Assembly: GCA_048938105.1 (NCBI GenBank)
Contig: JBHLMN010000010.1
Location: 64,001 to 128,000 of the forward strand
Direction: 5' to 3'
DNA length: 64,000 nt
DNA from: Promethearchaeota archaeon
Lineage (GTDB): Archaea > Asgardarchaeota > Heimdallarchaeia > Hodarchaeales > Hodarchaeaceae
Shown here: positions 55,362-64,000 of the stretch, in pieces
How positions within the stretch are numbered: the first letter of the stretch is position 1
Layout of the letters: each line of letters starts with the position of its first letter
The notes under the pieces: generated by a model
The model's input: only the letters and a program-made list of their open reading frames with translations
The model's database searches: none
Told to the model about the DNA's origin: nothing
Position numbers and translations under genes: made by a program

Positions 55362-58300
55362 TTATTTCTTCTTCTTTTTACCTTTATCAATCTCCCCTGT
55401 TTCTCCACTAATAGAACCTAATTCAGAGAGAGCATCTGAAAACAAATCAGCTAGATCTGGTATTTTTACTTGGCTTTCTTTGGCTTCTTCAATAGGACTA
55501 ATCTCTTGATAATCTACCTGGGGTACATGAAATATATCTTTTGTTACGGATTCTTCTTCTTTTGTTAAGATATCTTCAATTGAATCAGCGCGACTCTCTG
55601 GTGGAATAATTTCTTGAGGTTCTCCTAGTGCTTTCTCAAAAATCCCCTCTGCTATATCTTCCATAACATCCTTGGCCTCCTCTTCTTGAATTATTTTTTC
55701 AAGAGGAGATAAGTCAGGAGTAGCAATTGCTACATCACTTGGAAGCTCTTCTCTTTCAACTTGTGGCTCCTCTATTGAAGAAGCTAATGTTCCTTTCTTC
55801 CACAATCGTCCAAAACTATCTACCTCCCACTCTTCATCCTCTGGTACCTCTTCTTCTCTCGCAACCATCTCTGGTTGTTCAAATTCTTCCGCCCTTGGAA
55901 TGAAAAGAGATTCTACTTCTTCCTCTGATAGAGCAGCTGGTTTTACTTCTTTTTTGTGGGAAATCTGTTCTATAGCTGGGTGAACTTCCTCAACAGGAGG
56001 AGTAATCTCCTCTGGGGGAAGAACAGCTTCTTTTGAGGGAACCTCCTGAATTGGTGAAGGTTCTGCGGAAAATAAGGTGCTGATTTCTGCATCTGAAAGA
56101 GCTGCTGTTTTTGGTATCTCTGGTGTTTCATGAGGGAGAGGTTTAATAATTTCTTCTGGTTCTTGTTGTGAAACATCAAACTTATCTTCAAAAGGAACTT
56201 CTATACTCGGTTCAACAGGAACCTCATCCGCCATAGGGGAAACTTTCTCTTGATCTGTCATAACTGGAGCTTCTTCGCCGAATTCTTTTATAACGCTTAC
56301 AAATTCTTCGTCAATTTGTTCATCTATCTCTTCTTGAGTAGGTTCAATAGGTGTGGGCACTTCTAGTGTTGGAGGTACAATTACTTTTGTTTCAACAAGC
56401 TCAGGAACTGGTTCAGGTTCTTCTTCAAGTTCAACAGCTTCAATTTTTCCGATTTTCTCCTCTACATGAACCATTCGTTGTTCTGATAACATTGCATACT
56501 CTTTCTTGTATTTCTTAGGTTTTATCCCGAGTTCATCAATGTACTTCTTAACCAATTCTATACGATCGTTATCCTTTACCTCCTCCGCGTGATGTAACAG
56601 AAAGACTAAGGTTCCTCCAATTTCTTCTTTCTTATTTATCATTGAACTTAAGCGAGTCATATAATCAAGATATGTGTAAGCGATCTTGAGATTATCTGCT
56701 TTAATAGCAACCTCAATAAGATTTACCATAACGTTGAATAATTCATCAAGATCCTGAAGCTCCTCGTACTTCTCTAAAGTTTGTTGGAATGATGCAAGAG
56801 CAGCAACATTATTAGTAAAAACTAAATATTCTGTCAAGTGGGAAAGCAATATTGCTTCATATTTATCAGCTTTAAATTTCTTACATATACCTATACCTCT
56901 TTTATAAGCTCTGATAGTTTGTTTAGGAGATGTAATTTGTTCTGCTAGGTTTATATAGACGTCAACAACACCTTCAAAATTATTCAAACTGCGATAGAGA
57001 GTTGAAGCTTGATAGGCATACTCTGATGCCAAATCTGGGTTCTCTGAAGCTACAAAAAGTGCGAATTTTTGAGATATTTTTGCGGCAAGTAATCGTCCTT
57101 CTCCACCAAATCTGTCTTCAGCTGTTTTAATAACACGATCCGTATATTCTCGCGCTCCCTCAAGTAAGGAATTGTTAATAAGCTCTTTAATAAAGTCGAA
57201 AGAAGCTAGTAGAACTTCTGCCATTGGTTTTTCAGTTTTTTCCAACACAATTGCCATCAAACGAGAAGCATGGGAAATTTGTTCAGTGTTTAACATCTTA
57301 TAGGCATACTTATTTGCAATTCGGTCTCCTTCCTCTCCCCATCCCTCATCATAGGCAGAAATTACGAAATTAACTATAGCTTCTGCGTTATTTTCAGAAA
57401 TTTCGTCGGAACTGAGCATGTAATCAAATATCTTTTCTAAAAAAGGAAAAAGATCCTCAAATGGTGGTTTTAAAACTTGTTTCGCGGTGTCAATTAGCTG
57501 AATATCAGGATATTTTTGGAATAAAGGTTCAAGATATTTACGAGCAATTTTCTTGAATTCAGCTTTTTCTCCTCGAATCTTAATAATTCGTTGAAAAACC
57601 TGCATAGCAGATACTAGATCCTCCGCCTCGTAAACAGTATCAAAAATCATTTGCAAAAATTCAAGTGCTTTCTCTGATTGATTCTCCTCTTCTAGAAGAT
57701 TTGCCACTTCTAAACAGAATTTTGCAGAAGTTGCTGTATCTCCTCTATCTAAAGCATTTTTTGAATAATCTTTCATTGCAGAAATTGCCAGTTTGAATTT
57801 CCTATGGCTCTGTCCAAATCTGAGGATCAAGTCTGTCATTCGATTTGCTTCTTCAACTTGCTTATAGTCGAGAAATTTATCTCGAATCTCTTCAAGATAT
57901 TTCATAACCTTAGTAATGTCCCCTAACCGTTCATAATATCGAGCATTCTGAACACTAAAGATATAAGCGTCTTGGAACTTTCCAAGCTCCAATTGTTTGT
58001 CAATTAGGGGTGAAACAATATTAATACAATTCTTATAGTCCTCTTTCTGCTCGATTTCTTTAAGAATCGAATCAGTTATTCGTTGAGCTAGTTCGACTGA
58101 ATATTCAAGGATCTGTTTCTGAAAGGCAATTAATGCTTCAACAGATCCTTCAGGATCGCCCATTTCTTGATAAACTTCAGCTATTCTTTGGATATAATAT
58201 TCAACTAAATCAAATCTTTCAGTATTCTCTAAAAGATAATCAATAAATCGAGTTATGCTATCGATTGCTCGTGTATAATCCTGTTGCTTTTTCTGAAGTA

Positions 58301-60869
58301 TTATTAACTGATTCATAATAAATGCAGCATTATCAAGTTTGTTTACCTGCTGTAAATCCTTAACAAAACCTTGCAATACTTTGTAGTCAATATGATCAGT
58401 TTGGATCATTAGATTTGAGGAATATTTCATGTACTCAAAAACCATATCCAGTTGGTTATATTCTAGTAATTTTGCCATGAATTTCTGACAAAATTTAATA
58501 ACTTCAGCGATCTTATCTCCAGACGATAATAATCGTGAAAGTTCTTGATTGATCATCTCCTGAGCTGATAGAATTGCGTGATTCTCTAATAGATCATTAA
58601 CGTAATTGATAATGATCTTCTCTCGCTTCCTCGCATCACCGATTGTCTGTAATGCAGATTGAATGTATGCTTTTGCTTGGTCTTTCAATCCTAATTTTCC
58701 AAATAAATCGCTAATTATTAATTGTTTTTCAACACGACGTTTTTCATCAGTTTCATAGGCCTTTACAATAAGAGACTCTACAAATCTTATATAATCTCGT
58801 GCTGCGTTCGTTTCTTTTATTTCTACAAGACCCCGGACAATCTCTAAACTAAAATCAATTGCCTCGGGGATTTTATTTAGTTCATAGAATAACTTAATTG
58901 CTCTATTCCCGTATTCACAGGCTTTAATATAATTCTCTGAATCTAACAGAAATTTCGTACTCTCAATAGTAATTTCTAGTGCCTTTTCTTTCTTACCTTG
59001 GGTTTCTAAAGATATTAATAGCTGGTCAGCATATTTTAGATATGTTTCTTTATCATTTACTTCCTTAAGAAGGTTTAGTACAGTCTCAAGAGATTCTAGT
59101 AATTCAAAATGTACTTCTCGCTCTTCCTGTGACTCGAAAGCTTGATCTAATAGGAAATTTATGTCTTCTAGATAAGCAGTTTTCTGTTCGATGGTTACTT
59201 GATCATCATCCATTTTATTCAATTGTCTAATTGTATAACGGGCATAACGAAACGCATTTTCCTCCATAACTGATGGTAACCTTGCATTTTTATAGAAATC
59301 AACTTGTTTTCGTCCGAGCTGGGTAACATACTTCAGAGCTTCGACATTTTCCTCATCGGACAGATATTGATCTAATAATAACCCACAAAGATTAGCTGCA
59401 TTTAAGTAAGATTCTGCGGAAACTAACTTATCTAATGAATCTAAGACGAATTTATGAGCAGCATCAATGTCATTCTCCAATAATTCTTCAACTAAGGAGT
59501 TTCTAAGTTTTACTGCGTTAGTAGTCTTCTTTTGATCCTCGAAATAGCTCAAAAGTTTTAATCCGAATTGAAGAATACCTTTTGTGTTCTTCTCTTTCCT
59601 GAAACGTTCAAGAAGGAGTTCTGTTATTTGTGCTGCTGCTTCAAAATCGCCATCCGCTTCATGTTGTTCAATTATCTGCAGAAAATGACCTACAGCCACA
59701 TTAAGAATGATATCACCCATTGGCCGCTTAGCAAGCTGTTGTATTATCTTAAATAAATTTTCTGAGGCATCATAAAGATAACTAAAGGAAATCTGAGGGA
59801 TCTCTTGGTTTATTAGCCTAGCAAGTTCGTCTTGATCGATCTTGGCTTTAGTTACTTCAGAATACAACCCCTCTTTTGTTTTGAACTGTACAAACCAGGA
59901 ATCTAATTGGCGTAAAATTATGCAAATTACCCCACCTGTATGTTCAATTTCAACTTCTTTAACAGGTAATGGTTGGCCTTCGTTTACAAATGTCGTTACT
60001 TTTGCAATGAATTGATCAAAATCTTCAGCCTTAGTATACTCGGAGACATCTAGCGATGACAAATCAACCATGGTCATTTCATCTTCAGGTTCTTCCGCTT
60101 CTGAAATAGTGACCATTGGCTCTCCAATACCTGCTTTCGTTTCGGCTATTACGATTTCTTTGGCCTTTTCAGTCTCTAAGTAGGCTTCAGGATGTAGGAT
60201 GATCTTTTGAAGCTCCTCTGCTGTATCATAAATAGCGGAAAAAGAAAGAAAATCAATACCAGAATCACTAATCATTGCAACAAGATTGTCTTCATTTACA
60301 GCGTCTTTAGGAAATTTTTTCCGAACAATAAGAGTCTCATTTTGATAGAGAACAACTGCATATTGTCCATCTGGGCAATAATATACTCCTGCAAAACCTG
60401 CTTGAGAATATGGCATCTCGAATTTCTTCAGTAATTTATCATTTGGGTCAATGGAAATCTTTGAATCAGGTTTAGCAGCAACTTGAATAGCAGCTGATTC
60501 TTCTTCCGCAGCTGCTACTGAAATAGTTGCTTCAAGATCATCTGATATAGAAGGGGAGACAACAGCGCTTGGTTTTTCCTCTTCAACAACTAATGGTTGA
60601 AATTCATCATTTATTGTATTTAAAAGGAGTTCAGCTACATCAAAGATAGCTGAAAAACTAAAAAACTCAATTCCAGCGTCACTCAATAAATCAACTATAT
60701 TATCTAGGGTTAATTGTGATCCTGAGACTGAAGAAGATTTGAGTTGACGCTCGTTTTGATAAAAGGTAAAGATATATTCACCACGACTCAAATCATCCCT
60801 TATTTCACATTCAACGCCCGATGTGGAGGGGAGTTCTAATCTAATCTGCTTATGTTCTCGAGTTGCCAT
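55362..60869 (-). CDS. Giant 1835-aa protein: three N-terminal ~75-80 aa repeats, long alpha-solenoid, acidic disordered tail
   Basis: Uninterrupted ORF; repeats visible by eye; helical hairpin periodicity over about aa 390-1460; E/P-rich tail ending GKKKKK. Confidence 0.85.
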   Translation of the reverse strand: MATREHKQIRLELPSTSGVECEIRDDLSRGEYIFTFYQNERQLKSSSVSGSQLTLDNIVDLLSDAGIEFFSFSAIFDVAELLLNTINDEFQPLVVEEEKPSAVVSPSISDDLEATISVAAAEEESAAIQVAAKPDSKISIDPNDKLLKKFEMPYSQAGFAGVYYCPDGQYAVVLYQNETLIVRKKFPKDAVNEDNLVAMISDSGIDFLSFSAIYDTAEELQKIILHPEAYLETEKAKEIVIAETKAGIGEPMVTISEAEEPEDEMTMVDLSSLDVSEYTKAEDFDQFIAKVTTFVNEGQPLPVKEVEIEHTGGVICIILRQLDSWFVQFKTKEGLYSEVTKAKIDQDELARLINQEIPQISFSYLYDASENLFKIIQQLAKRPMGDIILNVAVGHFLQIIEQHEADGDFEAAAQITELLLERFRKEKNTKGILQFGLKLLSYFEDQKKTTNAVKLRNSLVEELLENDIDAAHKFVLDSLDKLVSAESYLNAANLCGLLLDQYLSDEENVEALKYVTQLGRKQVDFYKNARLPSVMEENAFRYARYTIRQLNKMDDDQVTIEQKTAYLEDINFLLDQAFESQEEREVHFELLESLETVLNLLKEVNDKETYLKYADQLLISLETQGKKEKALEITIESTKFLLDSENYIKACEYGNRAIKLFYELNKIPEAIDFSLEIVRGLVEIKETNAARDYIRFVESLIVKAYETDEKRRVEKQLIISDLFGKLGLKDQAKAYIQSALQTIGDARKREKIIINYVNDLLENHAILSAQEMINQELSRLLSSGDKIAEVIKFCQKFMAKLLEYNQLDMVFEYMKYSSNLMIQTDHIDYKVLQGFVKDLQQVNKLDNAAFIMNQLIILQKKQQDYTRAIDSITRFIDYLLENTERFDLVEYYIQRIAEVYQEMGDPEGSVEALIAFQKQILEYSVELAQRITDSILKEIEQKEDYKNCINIVSPLIDKQLELGKFQDAYIFSVQNARYYERLGDITKVMKYLEEIRDKFLDYKQVEEANRMTDLILRFGQSHRKFKLAISAMKDYSKNALDRGDTATSAKFCLEVANLLEEENQSEKALEFLQMIFDTVYEAEDLVSAMQVFQRIIKIRGEKAEFKKIARKYLEPLFQKYPDIQLIDTAKQVLKPPFEDLFPFLEKIFDYMLSSDEISENNAEAIVNFVISAYDEGWGEEGDRIANKYAYKMLNTEQISHASRLMAIVLEKTEKPMAEVLLASFDFIKELINNSLLEGAREYTDRVIKTAEDRFGGEGRLLAAKISQKFALFVASENPDLASEYAYQASTLYRSLNNFEGVVDVYINLAEQITSPKQTIRAYKRGIGICKKFKADKYEAILLSHLTEYLVFTNNVAALASFQQTLEKYEELQDLDELFNVMVNLIEVAIKADNLKIAYTYLDYMTRLSSMINKKEEIGGTLVFLLHHAEEVKDNDRIELVKKYIDELGIKPKKYKKEYAMLSEQRMVHVEEKIGKIEAVELEEEPEPVPELVETKVIVPPTLEVPTPIEPTQEEIDEQIDEEFVSVIKEFGEEAPVMTDQEKVSPMADEVPVEPSIEVPFEDKFDVSQQEPEEIIKPLPHETPEIPKTAALSDAEISTLFSAEPSPIQEVPSKEAVLPPEEITPPVEEVHPAIEQISHKKEVKPAALSEEEVESLFIPRAEEFEQPEMVAREEEVPEDEEWEVDSFGRLWKKGTLASSIEEPQVEREELPSDVAIATPDLSPLEKIIQEEEAKDVMEDIAEGIFEKALGEPQEIIPPESRADSIEDILTKEEESVTKDIFHVPQVDYQEISPIEEAKESQVKIPDLADLFSDALSELGSISGETGEIDKGKKKKK
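59736..60848 (-). repeat. Three intragenic protein-level repeats (aa ~8-87, ~146-225, ~303-378)
   Basis: DAGIEFFSFSAIFDVAE / DSGIDFLSFSAIYDTAE / QEIPQISFSYLYDASE; FYQNE / LYQNE. Confidence 0.8.
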
Positions 60870-61054
60870 CTAATATCCCTTGGCGAGGTTAATCAGTTAC
60901 TAGGTACCAATACAAGTGAAAATACAAAAAGATTCTTCAATGAAGGCTCTTTCTATTCAGTTGTTTAGTAACTTTTCCGTTCTAAAAGTTTTCTAATTTC
61001 AGCAAAAATGATTCAACATGTAAAAAGTGAAATAATTTTAGTGGACGTTGACCT

Positions 61055-62413
61055 CTAGAATTCCTTAGGGGTCATCATTTTTGGCAATATAATCTGAAAT
61101 ATTTTCTTATACAGTATCCGTACAATTGGAACATCAAAAAGTGTTCTTAGTATTCGTAAGCTTATGTTTCGCCTAGATTCAAGGATTTCCCCATCAAGTG
61201 ATATCTTATTAATCCAAAAAGATTTACGAAATAAACTCATAATTAAATGATAATTAATAATAGTAATAAGATCCCAAGCTCTTTTGATATGTTGTTCAGG
61301 ATAATCTATTGTTTCTCCCATACTCAATCGAATGATTTCAATTAAATGATATACATCAATCTTACTACCAAAAAGTTCACGAGAAACCCATAATAAATAA
61401 AGACAGCCTCCACAATATGTTATCATAGCCTCCGCTCCAGTTGATTCTGCTTCCCGAAACTTTTTCTTTGATGTAGCCATTATATCAAATACGATATTCA
61501 GAGGACGTTTCCATGAAGCTCCAGCCCCAAAGCCACAGCAAAGAGAATTTTCCCTGTTATGTCTCATTTCTATGATTTTACAACCTGTATGCTTGAGTAT
61601 GAATCGAGGAGGATCCCAATACCCACTACCAGCTTTTGAGTAACAATTGTCATGAATTGTAACTCTCATTTCTAGCTGGTATGGGAGAAGGATTTCACCA
61701 CTTCTTATTTTATCAAGAAGGAACTTATGGAAATTTATAACTTTATAATCATTCGACACGCCCATTTCTGAAGGATGGACATTGGTCAACATCCAATGGA
61801 CAGCATCAAGAGAAGGAATTATTTTTTTGACATTCCACCTTCGGAAATCTCGCTTACACTTTTCAGCGATGTGTTTAACTACATCTAGATATCCTCCTTG
61901 ATATAAGTACGCACCACACTCCCAATGATCCAATCTATCAATAGGATTAAAATAATTGAGTAATTTGCTATTACCATAGACGAATGGTAAAAGGTGGAGG
62001 TAGTTACTAACAAGGAAGACGTCATCCTTGGGTGTTTGGGTCATCCATCGATTCACCCATGTAAGTTCTTCAGTAGTCATAAAGATACGGAGTATTTGCC
62101 AGATATTATGCTCCATAGTGGGAACCACAAATCGATAAATAGATGGAGCTCCTCTTTGTTTGTAAAGCGCATTCCAACGTTCTAGAATCAATTGATAGGG
62201 CTTACAATCATGTGGACAATAATGGTTGCAGGAAAAACATGAAGTACAGTGCAAAAGAACATATTGGCTTTCATTCCCCTTAATTAAGTTTGTAATCTCC
62301 TGTTGTGCTACCTCTAATGGTAATCTTAACTCAGGGCAGCGATGGAAACACTCTCCACATTTTGTACAAAGAGATTCATTGAACACTGACTCATTCCTGG
62401 CGATTATTTTCAT
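61055..62413 (-). CDS. HdrD/GlpC-like Fe-S oxidoreductase (2x[4Fe-4S] plus CCG domains, first CCG degenerate)
   Basis: CTKCGECFHRCP, CTSCFSCNHYCP, HDNC...CCG.GAG...YCGGC. Confidence 0.88.
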   Translation of the reverse strand: MKIIARNESVFNESLCTKCGECFHRCPELRLPLEVAQQEITNLIKGNESQYVLLHCTSCFSCNHYCPHDCKPYQLILERWNALYKQRGAPSIYRFVVPTMEHNIWQILRIFMTTEELTWVNRWMTQTPKDDVFLVSNYLHLLPFVYGNSKLLNYFNPIDRLDHWECGAYLYQGGYLDVVKHIAEKCKRDFRRWNVKKIIPSLDAVHWMLTNVHPSEMGVSNDYKVINFHKFLLDKIRSGEILLPYQLEMRVTIHDNCYSKAGSGYWDPPRFILKHTGCKIIEMRHNRENSLCCGFGAGASWKRPLNIVFDIMATSKKKFREAESTGAEAMITYCGGCLYLLWVSRELFGSKIDVYHLIEIIRLSMGETIDYPEQHIKRAWDLITIINYHLIMSLFRKSFWINKISLDGEILESRRNISLRILRTLFDVPIVRILYKKIFQIILPKMMTPKEF

Positions 62414-62443
62414 TCACAAGTCACTCCTAGAAAATAAGACATC

Positions 62444-63724
62444 TTAGTAAGTATTCTCTGGTGGATCCTCAGGTATCGGTGGAAGAAAAAATCGTTTTCT
62501 TGAATACAATTTTGGAAATTGTTTCACTATTATCCCACGAAACATTTTAGAAGCAGTTCGATTAATCATTCGCTTTGGTGATTCCCCAATAGCAAGTTGA
62601 AGTAATTCGATAATGTGATAGATATCCATTGGGAATTTTTTGAGATAAAGCTTTTTGGCTACATGATATTGCTGATTGCAACCAGAACAATATACACATA
62701 AAACATCGGCCCCCGTCTTTTTAGCAAAATCAAGATTTTGAACAGTCGATTTACGCATTTGAATGGGAGAATATGCAGAATCCACGCTAAATCCAGCACC
62801 GATACCACAGCATCTCATAGTTTCTCTATTATATGGAAGTTCAGTGATTTTTGCCCCAATTTTTTCTAAAATCTTCCGTGGAAGATCCATATAGTCGTCC
62901 CCGAACATTTTTGCGTAACAAGAGTCTTGGATGGTCACTTTCATGTCTAATTGCTGAGTTATCTCTATTTCCCCATCTTTCAGTCTATTCCATAGCCATT
63001 CAATGTATGGCGTTATTGATTCAAACTCATATTCTAATCCATAGCTTGGTAAAACGTTCTTGAAGACATTTGTACCTGCTGTACATAGTACCATGAGGTT
63101 TTTAGGTTTTAAAATATTGAACCATTTATCTAATCTCTTGGCAATCTGCTTTAATTCATTAATATAGCCTGTTCTAAAAAGGGTCTCCCCACAACAGTAT
63201 TCTAATCTTCCTCGAATGTCACATTCCTCAAACAGGCTAGTACCATGTACTAAGGTTGGTGTTAGTATCACATTACACCCAGGATAAGTTAGAGTATCCC
63301 CTTTCAGAGGATCAAAACTTGCCCATTTCTCAATAATGCTTCTTTCTTCAGGAGTCATTCTTTCCAAGGTATAAGTTCTGAAATTTGGATAATTTGGATA
63401 ATGAGTCAGAAAATACTTCCCCCTAATCTTAAGGCCCTCACTTTCATATTGCTCTCGCCAGCGTTGAAGAATCAAACTTGTCGGATTACACCCCTTCTCA
63501 CAATAGAAATTACATGTGAAACAACTTTGGCAATCATATAATATGCGTGATACTTTTCCAACAATTAAATTCTTCATTTCTTCGATTGCTTTATCCAAAG
63601 ACAATTCCATGATAGGACAAGAAGTGAGGCATTCCCCACATATGTCACATTTTTCGGATTTGAATTCCCCAAAAAAATCACTTGTTACTGGGATTAATGG
63701 TCGAGTCATTCTATCTATATCCAA
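62444..63724 (-). CDS. HdrD/GlpC-like Fe-S oxidoreductase (2x[4Fe-4S] plus two CCG domains)
   Basis: CDICGECLTSCP, CQSCFTCNFYC, YPGC...CCG...C, QDSC...CCG.GAG...YCSGC. Confidence 0.88.
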   Translation of the reverse strand: MDIDRMTRPLIPVTSDFFGEFKSEKCDICGECLTSCPIMELSLDKAIEEMKNLIVGKVSRILYDCQSCFTCNFYCEKGCNPTSLILQRWREQYESEGLKIRGKYFLTHYPNYPNFRTYTLERMTPEERSIIEKWASFDPLKGDTLTYPGCNVILTPTLVHGTSLFEECDIRGRLEYCCGETLFRTGYINELKQIAKRLDKWFNILKPKNLMVLCTAGTNVFKNVLPSYGLEYEFESITPYIEWLWNRLKDGEIEITQQLDMKVTIQDSCYAKMFGDDYMDLPRKILEKIGAKITELPYNRETMRCCGIGAGFSVDSAYSPIQMRKSTVQNLDFAKKTGADVLCVYCSGCNQQYHVAKKLYLKKFPMDIYHIIELLQLAIGESPKRMINRTASKMFRGIIVKQFPKLYSRKRFFLPPIPEDPPENTY

Positions 63725-63754
63725 TAGCTAATCACTATACCTGTAATTGACTCT

Positions 63755-64000
63755 TCAGGTAGATTTTTCAACATAAATTTGGACTAAATTCAAAATTGTT
63801 TCAACTGATTTTTCCATAGCAATAACAGGAACGAATTCTTTTTTACTATGAAAATTTATGCTCCCAGTAAAAATATTGGGGGTAGGAAGACCCATATAGC
63901 TCAATCGTGCTCCATCAGTGCCACCTCGTACTGGTTTACGAATCACCTCAATTCCAGCTCGTTTGATAGCCTCTTCTGCATAAACAACAACATGAGGAAC
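63755..64000 (-). CDS. pepT: Peptidase T (M20B), C-terminal part; start lies outside the window
   Basis: PVRGGTDGARLSYMGLPTPNIFTG..NFHS.KE. Confidence 0.9.
   Translation of the reverse strand, partial: VPHVVVYAEEAIKRAGIEVIRKPVRGGTDGARLSYMGLPTPNIFTGSINFHSKKEFVPVIAMEKSVETILNLVQIYVEKST

Noticed and set aside
55810-55845. EDEEWEVD as an Atg8-interacting (LIR/AIM) motif
   Set aside because: It does not fit W-x-x-L/I/V, since the fourth position is Asp.
1402-63731. Numerous 60-160 aa ORFs antisense to or nested in assigned genes (e.g. 3690-3956, 5390-5686, 18796-19269, 32566-32958, 49252-49653)
   Set aside because: They overlap well-supported genes and have no motifs of their own.
1-64000. CRISPR arrays, IS elements, prophage genes, rRNA, defence systems
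   Set aside because: No regularly spaced repeats, transposase/integrase motifs or rRNA-like segments were seen by eye.

Overview
AT-rich archaeal chromosomal segment. The mix of archaeal housekeeping genes (fen, aCPSF1/fttA, dph5, trm5, trmI, egsA, CTP-dependent ribK, ribL, A/V-type ATPase subunits, intron-containing tRNAs) with eukaryotic-signature-like proteins (Rab-like GTPase, Rpn11-like JAMM protease, probable longin-domain protein, giant alpha-solenoid) points to an Asgard archaeon. Heimdallarchaeia/Hodarchaeales is plausible but is inference only. Contents in order: (1) a complex I-like operon nuoABCDHIJK-[L C-terminal mini-gene]-MN with no nuoEFG; (2) a B12 radical SAM enzyme, peptidase, MFS transporter, phosphomutase and alcohol dehydrogenase; (3) a BMP-type nucleoside ABC importer with a phosphorylase and a deaminase; (4) a THUMP-less ThiI, an LbpA/GcvH-like lipoyl carrier, queD and a Rab-like GTPase; (5) dispersed glycine cleavage genes and glyA; (6) translin, three tRNAs (two interrupted) and scattered ATP synthase subunits H, F and E; (7) RNA/protein modification and flavin cofactor genes; (8) an egsA-longin/gelsolin-like-trmI-JAMM cluster; (9) a 1835-aa repeat/alpha-solenoid/acidic-tail protein; (10) two CCG-domain Fe-S proteins and a partial pepT. 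No CRISPR array, transposase, integrase or rRNA was seen. The main leads are a complex I in which NuoL is reduced to a 73-aa lateral-helix/anchor gene, the giant scaffold-like protein, a putative longin-gelsolin fusion, a D-arm insertion in tRNA-Leu and apparent ATC/ATA start codons. All family assignments are by motif recognition; no searches were run.
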